A stretch of 63,777 bases of DNA, the filler included, from Dugesia japonica (lineage: Eukaryota), in assembly GCA_001938525.1 (NCBI GenBank). It is 6 parts of 6 records of this genome, joined end to end, with 100 filler letters (N's around TTAATTAATTAA, not from the genome) between each part and the next. Parts side by side here need not be neighbours in the genome. Positions count along the whole stretch, not along the records: positions 21,595 to 33,344 come from MQRL01632970.1; positions 33,445 to 44,731 come from MQRL01596303.1; 4 more parts are not named here. One strand, given 5' to 3'. Under the pieces are notes generated by a model that worked only from the letters and a program-made list of their open reading frames with translations, had not been told where the DNA came from and searched no databases. Shown here piece after piece: positions 26,130 through 38,904 of the stretch. The position numbers and the translations under genes were made by a program. Every line of letters starts with the position of its first letter. The first letter of the stretch is position 1.

Positions 26130-27528
26130 TTATCCAATATCAATAACTAAAACCTAAATTTTGATCAAAGCTTTTATATTAAATGAATTCTATAAAACGA
26201 TCAATGGTTATGTCCAACAATTATTCTCGTAATAATTGCAATTGTAAAATAATAATAAGTTTTCAAAATAGTTCTTCGTTTGATTTTTCATTTCTAATTT
26301 CTATTTCCAGTGAAATATTGCAGTGATAAAATCTTTAATTCAGTTAATAACAAACTATAGGAATAATTAGGCTTGGACAAGCCTTAACCCCAGTTTAGGG
26401 CTCAATGATTTGGAGCCATTTTCGGGAGCTCAAAGCTCGATTAGCTTCACACAAATACTTTCCATCGTTTTACATTTAAATTTCTTTTTACCATGTTCAA
26501 ATGTTTTAATTCTATGTATGATATTTAAATATTTTTTACCTTAATTTATCATATTATAATAAATTGAGGAAGAAATTAGTTTAATTTATTCATTAAAATT
26601 GATTTATAAGTCAGCCACCGATTTTCATAATTCTGAGTATCTGCTTTTCTTTCCAAATCAATTTTAAATATTATTAAATAAAATTGTATTTGGCAAAGAC
26701 TGTTACACTGTTGAAAGTTTATTTGCAATTGAATACTAACCTGATAATAATTTATTGAAATCTTATTGATTACCTATAATATAACTAAAATAGTTTAAAT
26801 CTCATTTACTAAGTTTACTAAGTGCTTATATTATAGAAAAAGGTTAGAAAAAATAATACACATCATGCACGCACATAGATACACAAATAAGATTCATAGA
26901 AAAAATTAAAAATCATGTGAGCACAAATTGACATATATTCGAACAAATTAATTTCTTTTATTTTTGAGGATCAATTGTATTCTGTAAAACTTTTGTGAAC
27001 ACTTTTAACATAATAAAATCTTATCAAAGTATTCATTTTAAAAGAAATATAATAAAAAAAAATAGAAAATTATTTATCTATAAATTATTTGACATTTAAT
27101 TTATTACGTTGGAAATTCATTTAGTTTTAAAATATTTCATTTCAAAAAAAATTATTAGATTAATTTAATTAAATTTATTAATTTTCAAATTTTAATGTTA
27201 CAAATTTTACATATTTATCTCATAAATGTTAAATTTGTAAACTTAAAATAAAATAAACATATTACAATTGAAAGTACTCTTGATATTTCAAACCATTTCC
27301 CTAGTAGACCGTAAGGAAAGTCACCTGCGAGACTTGAAAGTTTTGCTATCCATGATATATTATGTCATATCTAAAATTAATTTAAATTAATGTTAATTGA
27401 ATTTAAAATAAAAGAATAAAATATAAAGTTGGTTTAAATAAAAGTTTATGTTTATTTATGATTTAGATTTAGCTCTAACGAGGGTTTCTCGTAATAATAG
27501 TAACAATAATAACAACAATAATAATATA

Positions 27529-27575
<47 letters not shown>

Positions 27576-27659
27576 NNNNNNNNNNNNNNNNNNNNNNNNN
27601 NNNNNNNNNNNNNNNNNNNNNNNNNNNNNNNNNNNNNNNNNNNNNNNNNNNNNNNNNNN

Positions 27660-27717
<58 letters not shown>

Positions 27718-28274
27718 GTAATAATCATTAATAGTTTTGATTTCATTTCTCCAGCTTTAATGTGTTCAAGTTTGTATCCAATAATCATGTTCCTCAAAAT
27801 AAGACAAATTTATTTTACTTGTCTGATTGTTTAAAATTCACATTTATTATTAATTTTACATTTACAGCACCATTCATTAAAATGTCTAAAAAAATTAAAG
27901 TTTTCTTAATTTATCTAAATTTGGAAATATGAAAATTAAAATGAAGAGATGAGTAAAAATGTTAACATAAATTTTTTGAGTATTTGGCATTTTGAATGAT
28001 TGCGTTTGATATTAGATACAGTTGGGAGTTTTCAATCTAGTAGATTTCAATTTCGATATGGCGACGAAAGATGAGATTAAAAATTGTTTTTCTTCTAAGA
28101 ATTGGCACAGGGTGTTACATTCTATTTTTCTTTTGTTAAAATGGTTAATTATAAAAATAAACTAATGAGAAGAAAGAAATTAACGAAAACCGGAAATTCA
28201 TATTTCTATTTTTTTAATTATATCAGATGATTAATGAATTAAAATGAATTAAATCTTTTTAAGTTTTATTATTA

Positions 28275-28326
<52 letters not shown>

Positions 28327-28327
<1 letters not shown>

Positions 28328-29568
28328 GTGAGATGATTAAATAATTACCTTTCATTACCAGTATAAATAAATTATGTCTGATTGCATGTGTGTATGATAA
28401 GGTATGTTGATTTATTTGTTTTAGTTACATTTTATTATTTCATAGATGATGTCATATGGTCAGAAAATATATTTTAAAAACTGTAGTTAGACTTCTTAAT
28501 AACATGGCGACCTTTATCAACGAAAGATTTGTTACAAATATTACTTCAGCCAATAATATTCACTGTAAATGATTATATGAAAGAATGCTTGAAGTACATG
28601 GAACAATGATTCAGCTCGACAACAACCAACGAAATATTGTTAGTAGAGTATAGCCAGATGAAGTGTCAAGATTGAAATTTGATCAAAAAGCAACAGAAGA
28701 AAATTATGAAAAAACAATCCGAAATGCAATTTTTAAAAGTCCAGATTCAGCAGACGATCTGATCAGTTAGCTCAAATACAATAGAGGAAACAATTCAGTG
28801 GATATATTTATTTCAAACTAACCAGCACTAAATTGATCGTAATTTTCCTGAAGTATTGTGTTGACAATGATGCACAGAACAATTAAATTCAAAGATATGA
28901 GTTGACTAAAGATTTTTTAAGAAAATTATTTGAAGAAGATCAACAAAAAAAATCTAAAAATGTATAGAGAGGTCCAACTACATGCAAATACATAAAAATT
29001 GTTTTGCATTGCATTGATTTTAAAAAATGTGGCACAAATCAATGCGATAGAAAACAAGCATATGCTAGAGTGTTAACAGATCAAAGATATTCGAATTATA
29101 ATATGCCTTGAATATACAGAAATGATCCAAGACAAATTCTAGAAATTCAGCAATCAAAGAAATTTACAATAAAAAACAAAAGATTTCCATTCAATATACA
29201 ATGCCTCAACAAATAAGACAAATTTTATCCAGAAAGTAGAGAAAAAAGAAAATATTTTCAATTTAATAAAAATGAAGAATCCAGACAATGTTATGGATGC
29301 CAAGAATTCGGCCACTTATTTGGTTGTCCAAATATCCGATGTTATGTTTGTAATCAAAGAGTTATAAATGTTACCATTGAGGAGATACCATAAACAGAAT
29401 GAATATTCGATTCCAAGTCAAAGATTAAAATGATGACAAATACTATAGAAATGACAGATACTATCCTGCTAATAAACAAAACCATGTTACTGCTCTATAT
29501 GATGAGGAAACATGAGAAATAGATGCTAACAATGATGATTCGGGAAATGCCAAGGCTCTAGTCAACGG
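28327..29568 (+). mobile_element. Gypsy LTR fragment plus decayed gag
   Basis: TGGCGACC PBS-like motif at 28505; zinc-knuckle remnants CYGCQEFGHL and CYVCNQ; TCGGGAAAT gag-pol junction-like motif at ~29540. Confidence 0.65.
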
Positions 29569-32500
29569 GAACTTTTAAAAATGTTTTAAAAAGAGAANGT
29601 TTTACGTTTTTTTAATATTTCAGTTTTGTAAAGTAGTTTGACGAAAACTTTTATTTTGAAAAGTAAATTTTGTATACTTTTTTAAAATTTGTTCATTGTA
29701 ATTTATTTGTAATTTAAGTGTTGATTTATTTGTAATCAAGTTGTAAATTATTTTTAATCGATAATTATATTTATTTATAATATATTTTATACAAAGATTG
29801 TTAATTCTTGTTTTCAGTAATTTATTGTAATAGATACAAAGGAAGAAAATATTATTAATGAGGTGCGTATTCCTCACATAGTGGCAGTGGTAAGTACCGA
29901 CTCAATCACCGAATGTCTATTGCCAAAAATAATTTGTAAGGTGAAGATATTGAAAAATTTATTAAAAGGACTGAATTATATTCTGATGCGAAAGGTATCA
30001 ACCAGAAGAAAGAACAGGAGAGAATAGTTTTTTGTTTATTGGATGAAGATTTAGTAGAAGATTATGTATAGACGGCAAAGAAGACGGAAGGCTTTCAATC
30101 ATGATTACAATTGGCGTTCGAAAAAAGGATATAAAAGAAGAATTTCAGAATTTAGTAAAATTTAAAAACCGTGGAGAATCTGGTTGACAGGATATTTGAT
30201 AACAAAGACTTTACGAAAGAGAAATAAAGGAATGTTGGTTGTGTCATAGAAAGGGGCATTTGAGTAGAGAGTGTCTAGAAAGACGACCTGCCACATGTTT
30301 TGGATGTGGGAAAGTATAACACATATGAANNNNNNNNNNNNNNNNNNNNNNNNNNNNNNNNNNNNNNNNNNNNNNNNNNNNNNNNNNNNNNNNNNNNNNN
30401 NNNNNNNNNNNNNNNNNNNNNNNNNNNNNNNNNNNNNNNNNNAAAAAAACAAGGAATGAAGAAAGGAATCGATATAATCAATTTAATATGAAAGAAAAAG
30501 AATGTAGATAAAAACAACATGTAAACTGCGAGATAGATGACAAGAAATGAAATACTTTCATNAACAAGTGGGCTAGCTTTCCCAATGCCAAATATTAACG
30601 AGATGTTAGATGCATTGGATGGAGCAAGATCTTTTAGTTCGATTGATTTAGGAAACTCTCACTTCCAAGTGGAGTTGGAAGAGGAGTTGCAAGAAAAAAC
30701 TGAATTCTCAATCAAACAGGTGCAATAATGTAATGGAATAGCTACAGAACCGGGTATGTTCCAAGAAATGATGACGAAAGTGATTTGAGGAATAGCAGGT
30801 GTACTTGGTATACTTGGATGACATCTTGGTTTTTTGAAGAGTAGAAAGCAACATTATTAAATCATTGACAGGGTATTAGACAGTATTTTAAAAGCCAGAT
30901 TGTGTGTAAACTCGAAAAAATGTCAGTTCATAAGGAGTGAAATTAAGGTTTTGGGATAAATTATTTGCAAGAAAGGGGTCCGGACAGATTTGACGAAGAT
31001 TAAAGCTATAAAAACCTTCAGACGACCAAATGGCGTAAAAACCTACATAGTTTTCTAGGAACTTGCAATTATAATCGAAAATTTATAAAAGAGTAAGGAA
31101 TTAAGGCCAGACACTTGGAACAACTATGCTGTGGCCCAAGTAATAAAAGGTTGGATTGGACTAATGAAGTGGATGAATTTTTCAAGGTTTAAAAGGTGCA
31201 TTAATGTCGGCGCCGATTCTAAATTTCCCAGATTTGAGCAAAGATTTTAGACACAGACGGCAGTTTTAAAACCATAGAAGCAGTATTATCTCAGAAAGAC
31301 AATCAGGGTAGGTAAAGAGTGCTAGCTTATGTATCGCATGCAATTTCGGCAGAGGAGAAAGGTTATTGTATTACCAGAATTGAATTATTGGCAGTATACT
31401 TTTTCTGTGTACATTTTACACCTTATCTTTATGGACGGAAATTCACATTAAGGACAGATCAAGAAGCAATAATGTTTATGTTGACAACTAAAAAGACAAT
31501 AACATTGCTGTTTCAGACGTGGATCAATTACCTAAGCAGTTTAGATATGGTACTGGAATATAGGAAAAGCGTTCTTCACAGAAATGCAGATATACTATCT
31601 AGCCCTGGTTGGGAGCGATGTGTTCAATATCAGACGATATATGAAGATNCAATGAAAGGAAAGATTAAAACTAGAACATTGAATGAAATTTCAGAAGATT
31701 TCAAGATAAAGCTAAGAAACGAAACAAATAGAAATAAGATAAATACAAAAGGTTGGATTGTAGAGAATCAAATAAAAGATAAGATTCAAGAGATACATAA
31801 GTTATTGTGTCACACGGGTGTGGAAAAGAAACAAGAATATATGAAGAATATTTTTTAAGGACCACAGTTGAGAAAACGGATTCTGGAAGTTGTACGTAGC
31901 TGTGAAATCTGTCAGAGAACTAAAGCGGAGACCTTGACTATTAAAGAAGTAACAATGACATCGGAGACGTTTAGTTGTTTCAAGATAGTGTATGTAGACA
32001 TTTGTGGACCATGGAGAGAAACAAAAGGCAGAAAGAAATATAAACTGATAATGATTGATCAGTATAGTAAGTATATAGTACTGGTAGCATTATCACGTCA
32101 AGATAAAGTAGTAATTGTAGAGTCATTTTTAAGAATTGAATCTTGCAATTTAAATGCTNNNNNNNNNNNNNNNNNNNNNNNNNGGAAGGTATTTGAATAA
32201 AAGGTTATGAAAGAATTTTCAGATAAATTCAATATCGAATTACAAACATCAAGCCCGTATCATCATAATACAAACGGACAGATTAAAAGACATATAAAAA
32301 AGACTACACAAATAAGCCTTGCACAATTAGTATTTGGAAAACATATTAATAGAAAAAATGGTATACAAATGAGGGTATCAGTTGGGTTAAAAAGAGTAGA
32401 AAAAGTCAAACAAAAAGACAGGTCGAAATAGGTGATCAGGTTTTAGTCAAGGCAGAAGTTAGAGATAAAAATCAGGACAGATTTGTAGGACCATGTCAAG

Positions 32501-32924
32501 TTATCGGGAAGGTTCATGAGAGAAGATATTTTCTTGAAGCAGAGAATGGCAATCAGATCGACAGATTTATAGAAAAAATTTAAAAAATTCTTAAATGAGG
32601 GAGATAAAAGGCGAACTTTTAAAAATGTTTTAAAATGAGAATTTTATACGTTGTTTTAATATTTCAGTATTTTAAAGTTATTTGGTGAAAATTTGTATTT
32701 TGAGAAGTAAATTTTGTATACTTTTTTTAAAATTTGTTCATTGTAATTTATTTGTAATTTAAGTCTTGATTTATTGGTAATCAAGTTGTAAATTATTTGT
32801 AATTAATAATTATATTTATTTATAATATTTTTTATCAAAAGATTGTTAATTCTGATTTTCAGTAAATTATTTGTAATAGATACAAAGGAACAAAATATTA
32901 TTAATGAGATGCGTATTTCTCACA
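29569..32924 (+). mobile_element. Ty3/Gypsy element with paired ~310-bp LTRs, internally deleted
   Basis: LTRs 29569-29878 and 32613-32924 both end CTCACA; TGGCAGTGG after the 5' LTR; purine tract at ~32597; RT (FPMPNI, FSSIDL), RNase H (YCITRIELLAV, LRTD), integrase (H-H-C-C, VDICGP, SPYHHNTNG). Confidence 0.92.
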
Positions 32925-33444
32925 TTAATAAAATGTGTACGAGTATGTTAGAGTGTGATGATGATTGTTTTAATAATTTTAATAATAGTATTGGTGTNAT
33001 TGAAAATGACTCAATTATTGACTGTATATTTAAAAACATGAATTATGAAAATAGATTGACTGAGACATATATGTTTAAATTTTTGAATGTTATTAATTAT
33101 TATTACATTGATGGTAGACCATTTAATAATATTAAACTAAAATATATATATCAATCCAAATTTGGAAACAATCACCCGAAGATAAGTATTAAAAAGGATG
33201 CAAATATTAAATACCGGCCAACTCGCTTTCAAGAAGATACACATTTCGAACAAAGCATACCGATACAAAGACAAAGTCAGTACAATAATTTCCAGCAGTA
33301 TTCATTGAAACATCTAGCAAATAAACTATATTGTAAACCTAAAGNNNNNNNNNNNNNNNNNNNNNNNNNNNNNNNNNNNNNNNNNNNNTTAATTAATTAA
33401 NNNNNNNNNNNNNNNNNNNNNNNNNNNNNNNNNNNNNNNNNNNN

Positions 33445-33550
33445 AAAAACAAGAAAATAATTTGATCGAAGCTTTATTTTTTAATGAAATCTCAAAAACG
33501 ATCAATGGTTACGTCCAACAGTTATTCTCGCAATAATTGTAATTGTATAA
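33445..33550 (+). mobile_element. pLTR 3' part and tail at scaffold start
   Basis: TTTGATCGAAGCTTT..AATGAAATCTCAAAAACGATCAATGGTTACGTCCAACAGTTATTCTCGCAATAATTGT. Confidence 0.8.
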
Positions 33551-33738
33551 AAAATATAACTCTATATAATTTATAAGAGCATAATTTGTTCAAAAAGTAT
33601 AAATTTACGTACGCCTTAAATTTAAATAAATTTGGTATCGATAAATTTGTGTATTTCTCCAATATTTACTTCTAACTAAATATTATTGCACTATACACAT
33701 TTTCGTTGTTTTTAATAACAATGATATTTATTAACATA

Positions 33739-34064
33739 CAGTGGCGTAGCTACAGGGAAGCAATGCTTTCAAGCCTCCGAATTTATGGGGCCCCTTTTAA
33801 AATTTATTTATTTATATATAAAAAAATCTTTTTTTTTGTTTTTTGTTTATAAATATCGTTTATAAATATTCAAATATCAAATACATTTATTTATTTAAAA
33901 TTAAATTATAATATATCTATCTATTTAATATATTTATTTCATTCTCTGCTCTTATGTTAAAACATAATTTTCCTTTGTATAAACAGTTGAAATAAAAAAA
34001 ATGTTAGTAGGGGCCCCGTAGTTAGAATTTGCTTATGTTCCTAAAAAATCTAGTTACGCCACTG
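33739..34064. mobile_element. hAT-type MITE
   Basis: TIRs CAGTGGCGTAGCTA / TAGTTACGCCACTG, internal GGGCCCC motifs, perfect 8-bp TSD TTAACATA. Confidence 0.92.
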
Positions 34065-34788
34065 TTAACATATCAGTTAATTTAATTTCTTTGAGCAAAG
34101 TTTTTATTACTTATGTTACGCTTCTACAGGTTAAATTTTTTGAAATGTATTTTAAAAAAATTGATTTAATAAAAATTTTGAAATTTAAATAAGTCTGGGC
34201 CAGGTTCATCGGTGCACCGAAATTTTAAATCAATTATATAATCCCTTAGACATTAGATATACACTACCTTGCTGATTCATTTGATCAGGTTAAAGGGGAT
34301 CTGGGTTTAAAATCATGTATCTTCGCATGTTTATCGCGTGTTTCATTATAATGGATTTAAATAATTTAACCAAAAACGATACTTTTTATATAAATGATAT
34401 AAAAGTTATGCTTTTTGACTAATTTATGTCAAAGAAATTAATAAATTTTAATTGTTTACCGGTTTATTTGTCGATGCACCGTTCAAAATACGAACTGAAA
34501 GCACAAATAAATTATTGAATAAATAAAAAATATAATTTATAAAAGCATAATTTGTTCAAAAAGTATAAATTTACGTGCACCTTTCAATTCAGTCCTAATT
34601 GTCAATAAATTTGGTATCGATAAATTTGTGTATTTCTCCGATATTTACATTTTACTGAATATTATTGCAATATACACATTTTCGTTGTTTTTAATAAAAA
34701 TTATCATTTATTAACATGAGTTTGAGCAATGTTCCGCCTTTGTATTTAACTTGTTAAAATTTTCTATTATTGCATTTTACAATTTTAG

Positions 34789-34928
34789 ATGTTGATGATA
34801 TCAAAATTGTTATCAATTATGATTTTCCTAATCAGTTTGAGGATTATATACATAGAATTGGAAGAACTGCAAGAAGCGGGAAAAGAGGCATGTCGTATAC
34901 GTTTTTCAATAGAAAAAGTATCAAAAGT
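34789..34928 (+). CDS. DEAD-box RNA helicase DDX5/DDX17 (Dbp2/p68) family, penultimate exon
   Basis: ttttag|(D)[46 protein letters not shown]|gtaaga; motif [10 protein letters not shown]. Confidence 0.92.
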
Positions 34929-34974
34929 GTAAGATGAATTTGGTTATAAAATTGAAGTTAAATAATGTACACAG

Positions 34975-35520
34975 GCGTTGCCACTTATTAAAATAATGGA
35001 AGATGCTAAGCAAATGGTTCCCGATGGTTTGTATGATATGGCATTTGTTCCGAATGAAAAGCGTAGGAAAACCTTTAATAACCCGTTACCATTTTCTAAT
35101 GGATTTTCTCGACCTAATCCTCCTCCATTAGGAAATTCAACTTCTGCTTATAATTCGATTGATTTGACCAATTCAAAATTTAATTTGCATAAAGAAAAGC
35201 CAGTGCAAAACTTCGATTCTCCGAAAGATGAAAATCATGTTCAACCTTACAATACCTCTTCAGTTTCTCAGGTAAATGGGACTTCGCGGAGAGCCAGTAG
35301 ATTTGGTGATCGTGTTTCTCTGCCTACCCAATTTTTCACTGCACCACCTCCGTTAGATTCGTATGATATTGATTGGAAAACTGCTCCCCCACCACTACCA
35401 CCGGTTATTGCTGGATCTGTTAATGATAAACTTTACTCGACAATCTCTTCTAACTCTGAGCCTTACAATGATCTTATATATAATCACGTAGCGTTCTATG
35501 GGATACCTCCTCCACTCTAA
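34975..35520 (+). CDS. DDX5/DDX17-like helicase last exon with Pro-rich tail
   Basis: 46-nt GT-AG intron, then in-frame ALPLIKIMEDAKQMVPDGLYDMA; AATAAA at 35665. Confidence 0.88.
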   Translation, partial: ALPLIKIMEDAKQMVPDGLYDMAFVPNEKRRKTFNNPLPFSNGFSRPNPPPLGNSTSAYNSIDLTNSKFNLHKEKPVQNFDSPKDENHVQPYNTSSVSQVNGTSRRASRFGDRVSLPTQFFTAPPPLDSYDIDWKTAPPPLPPVIAGSVNDKLYSTISSNSEPYNDLIYNHVAFYGIPPPL

Positions 35521-36116
35521 AATTGAGCTAAATATTAATAAGCATTTTCTTTCGAACGAGACTGGTTGTTATTAATCAATTTTCATATCGTGAATATTTG
35601 AGAAATGATCAAGTTTGGTTGTTTTGGAGTTCGTAGGTTTTGATTAAACCATAGTTTTTTTCGTAATAAATGTTGAGTTTTAAAATTGTTTTTGATTTGG
35701 TAAACAGATAATTGCTGCTTATTTATTTGGTGAAATATTTTTGTTTTTTTAAACATAATTTGTTTGTTGTAACATTGGTGAAATTACTAAATATAAATAA
35801 ATGTTTTTAATCACATAATGAGACGAATTTTTATTTTCTAATCTCGAAGTTAGAGTGATTTTTTAATGTTGCATGCCTTAATATTAGAATTAAACAATTT
35901 TGGTAATATTTAACAATGTGTCTTCCTTTTACCACTTGATTATTCTCAATATTAGAGGTCCAGATGTCATTCATATGTGATATTGATCATAAGATTCCAT
36001 TCGATATTTTACTTAGTATTTTCGCTTTTATAAACAAGTATAATGTTGAACCTTGTAGCCACTGTTTCTGTCACAAAGAGTGAAGTTTCTTTAATGAATT
36101 TTTTTTCAAATTGACT

Positions 36117-38875
36117 TGACTTTCACAATCAGACTACATTTAAATACAATGTATTTATTAAAAATCCAAAATACAACAATTTAAACAAATTGTTAATCAT
36201 TGTAACTCTCCAATTCTTTAAAATGCTTTCCAGTTCTTTAACCATTCTATTCTTCTATACTTTGAACCTCGAGGAAATTTGATTTCTATTTGCCAATCTG
36301 ATATGTACTTCTTTACCTAATATCGTCTTTCATATAGGAAATCATTCTTCTTTCTTTTATGTAGTTCTATACGAACTAACACCCACTCCCCTACTTTGAA
36401 AATTCTCTGTCCACACTTTTAATTTTCAAAATTTGCCATTTTATTAACTGCTACATTTAAATTTTGTCTAAATGTCTCTATATTAACTGGTTTGTTTCCG
36501 TCTTTATATGCTTACATCCGCCTTCCAAAAATAATTTCAAATGGTGACAATTTTGTCGACTCTTGAACAGTAGCGTTTAAACTGAACTCAATTCTTGCAA
36601 GTTATGCATCCCTTTTTTTCTCGCTACAATTTCCTTTAAGTGACGTTGTAATCATATCTCTTATCGTATGAATTATTCTTTCTACCAGCCCATTCGATTG
36701 GTGTTGGTACAGAGAGCTGAACTCTTGTTTAATATTAAACTTTGCTAACTTCTCTAACTCTCAAACACTCTTCCTCTGTCAGCTAATATGCTCTTTGGTT
36801 TGTCGAAACGATATATCCATTTGTTCACAATTATTCAGAAAATTGTTTCTTCATTTATCTTTGATACCGCTGATGTACTTACTAGTTTGTTAAACCGATC
36901 GATAATCACCACCATATATTTTGTTCCTGATGCCACGGTTTCCATATGTGAAATATCTACTACCATTTGTCCACAATATCTTGACACTTTATAGGTAATG
37001 TTAGGTGAGTTTGGAAAACTCATCGAATCATTAACATCAGAATTCAACTCCATAAATTTATTAAAATAAAAACAATAACATCATTATTTGTTTACCATAA
37101 TTATAACCTCTTCTACCTTATTATCATGTATACATATTCTTTCATCATTCTCACCAAAATTGCCTTGTTTTTCTTGAATATCCACTGTATTTAACATCTT
37201 TGTTTTTAATAGTCTACTTTTGGGATCTTCGTGTGACGTTAGACATTGTGCACATGTACCGCATTCATTCCTTTCATTTTATATCCTCATTTGTATGAAG
37301 CGATCCTTTTCTTAACTGCTCAAATAATTAATCCAGGTTTGAAACTGTGATGTGATCGGCTTCTTGGTATTTAGCATAAAAGTTATAGCTTTATGATCTG
37401 TTCTGAGGATAAATCTCTTACCATATAAGTAATGTTTGAAATGAATACAAAATTAGTAAATTATGAGTAATTCTTTCCGCATAGTACAATATCTTTTTAA
37501 ATGACTCTTCATTGCGTGTGACATATATGCAAATACTCTTTCTTGCCCATTGTTGTCCCTTTGAGATGGTACTGCACCAATCGTGTTGAAACTCGCATCC
37601 GTGTCCAAAACAAATACTCTATATATATCTGGAAAACAAAATATGAGAATACCATCTATATAAACCATCGCTCCTTTTATTTTTCAGNTTAATTTATTTA
37701 TCATTTCCTGGAACATACCTGGTTTTGCTGCAATTCCATTCTATTGAAACAAAATTGCCATTGTTTAGTCAAAAAAGCCGTCTTCTCTTGAGAATCTTCA
37801 CTGAGTTTTACTTGGTAGTATGCATTTCCCGAGTCTATTGAGCTAAAATACTGTGTACTTTCCAAAGCTTCCAGCATTTCGTTCACATTTGGCATAGGAA
37901 AATTTTGTCTTTCTGTTATTGCAATGAGCTGTCTAAAATCTAACCATAATCGTATATCCTTTTTTTCCTTTTTCCAAACGCAGATTAATAGCATATTCTG
38001 AGAATTACACTTCTGAATGATACCGTTATCATACAAATTCTACTTAAATATCTTTTTTTGTGACAAGTCCAACATTCCACATGATAATTCTTTGGACTTT
38101 CTCTTTTCGTATGGCCATAATTCTGGCATGTCCAACTCTATGGTTCTGTGAATATTTTGGTCTCCTTTTAACACATTTGAATAAATATTTCTCTGTATTG
38201 CGTAAATATTTTCATTTCCAGCAATCCGTTGGAAATGTTCTTTATCTTCATATATCGGCAACTTTCATTTATGACCTTGTTATAAGTGTCTCTCGCAGAT
38301 TTTGATTCCTGACTTTCTTTGTCAGTAAATCATTTAAAATTTTGTCATGACTTAACCCTGAATTCAATACACAGTTAACTAGACTTCTTACTCGTATCTC
38401 AAACGTTGCAAATCTCTCTTTTGATTCTTGTTTAACTGTTGTAAGCTCCATGACCATTTCCGTGATAGATATTTTTAGCATAAAAGTGTCTAAAAACCAC
38501 TTGTTTGTCTCTTCTTTCGTAATTCCATCCTACTTAAACTTTTTCCATAAAACTCCGACTTTCTGTGATAATAAGAGATCAAAAATTCCCATCAAGTTCA
38601 AATCATTCACAGTGAGCCATTCTTCGATTTCTTTCACCCATGCTATAGCTTCTTATATTAAAAATTGATAATCTCTCGAGTCTTCTTAGACAAGATTTCT
38701 AAAATTGATTTTCACTTTTGTTGGCGTGTCACTATATTAACATCTTTGAGATGGTTGCCAGTTAAGTTACTTTCACCATCAGACTTCATTTCAATACAAT
38801 ATATTTATTTAAAATCAAAATTACAAAAATTTTTAATAATATTTAAACAAAGTCTTAATCATTGTAACTCTGACA
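36117..38875 (-). mobile_element. Ty3/Gypsy element with very short (~100 bp) LTRs
   Basis: Repeats 36117-36209 and 38767-38875; TGGCAACCAT PBS-like motif; gag, RT (LDFRQL, FPMPNV), RNase H (LDTDASF), integrase (VVDISHM, IIDRF). Confidence 0.88.
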
Positions 38876-38904
38876 GTCATTGATATCATGGTAAATAAAC
38901 CATA

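Larger units (their letters stand above)
25952..26249 (+). mobile_element. Palindromic pLTR insertion with a hammerhead in each arm
   Basis: Arms 25952-26054 and 26086-26188, then tail. Direct repeat ATAATAATAAGT at 25940-25951 and 26249-26260. Confidence 0.9.
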
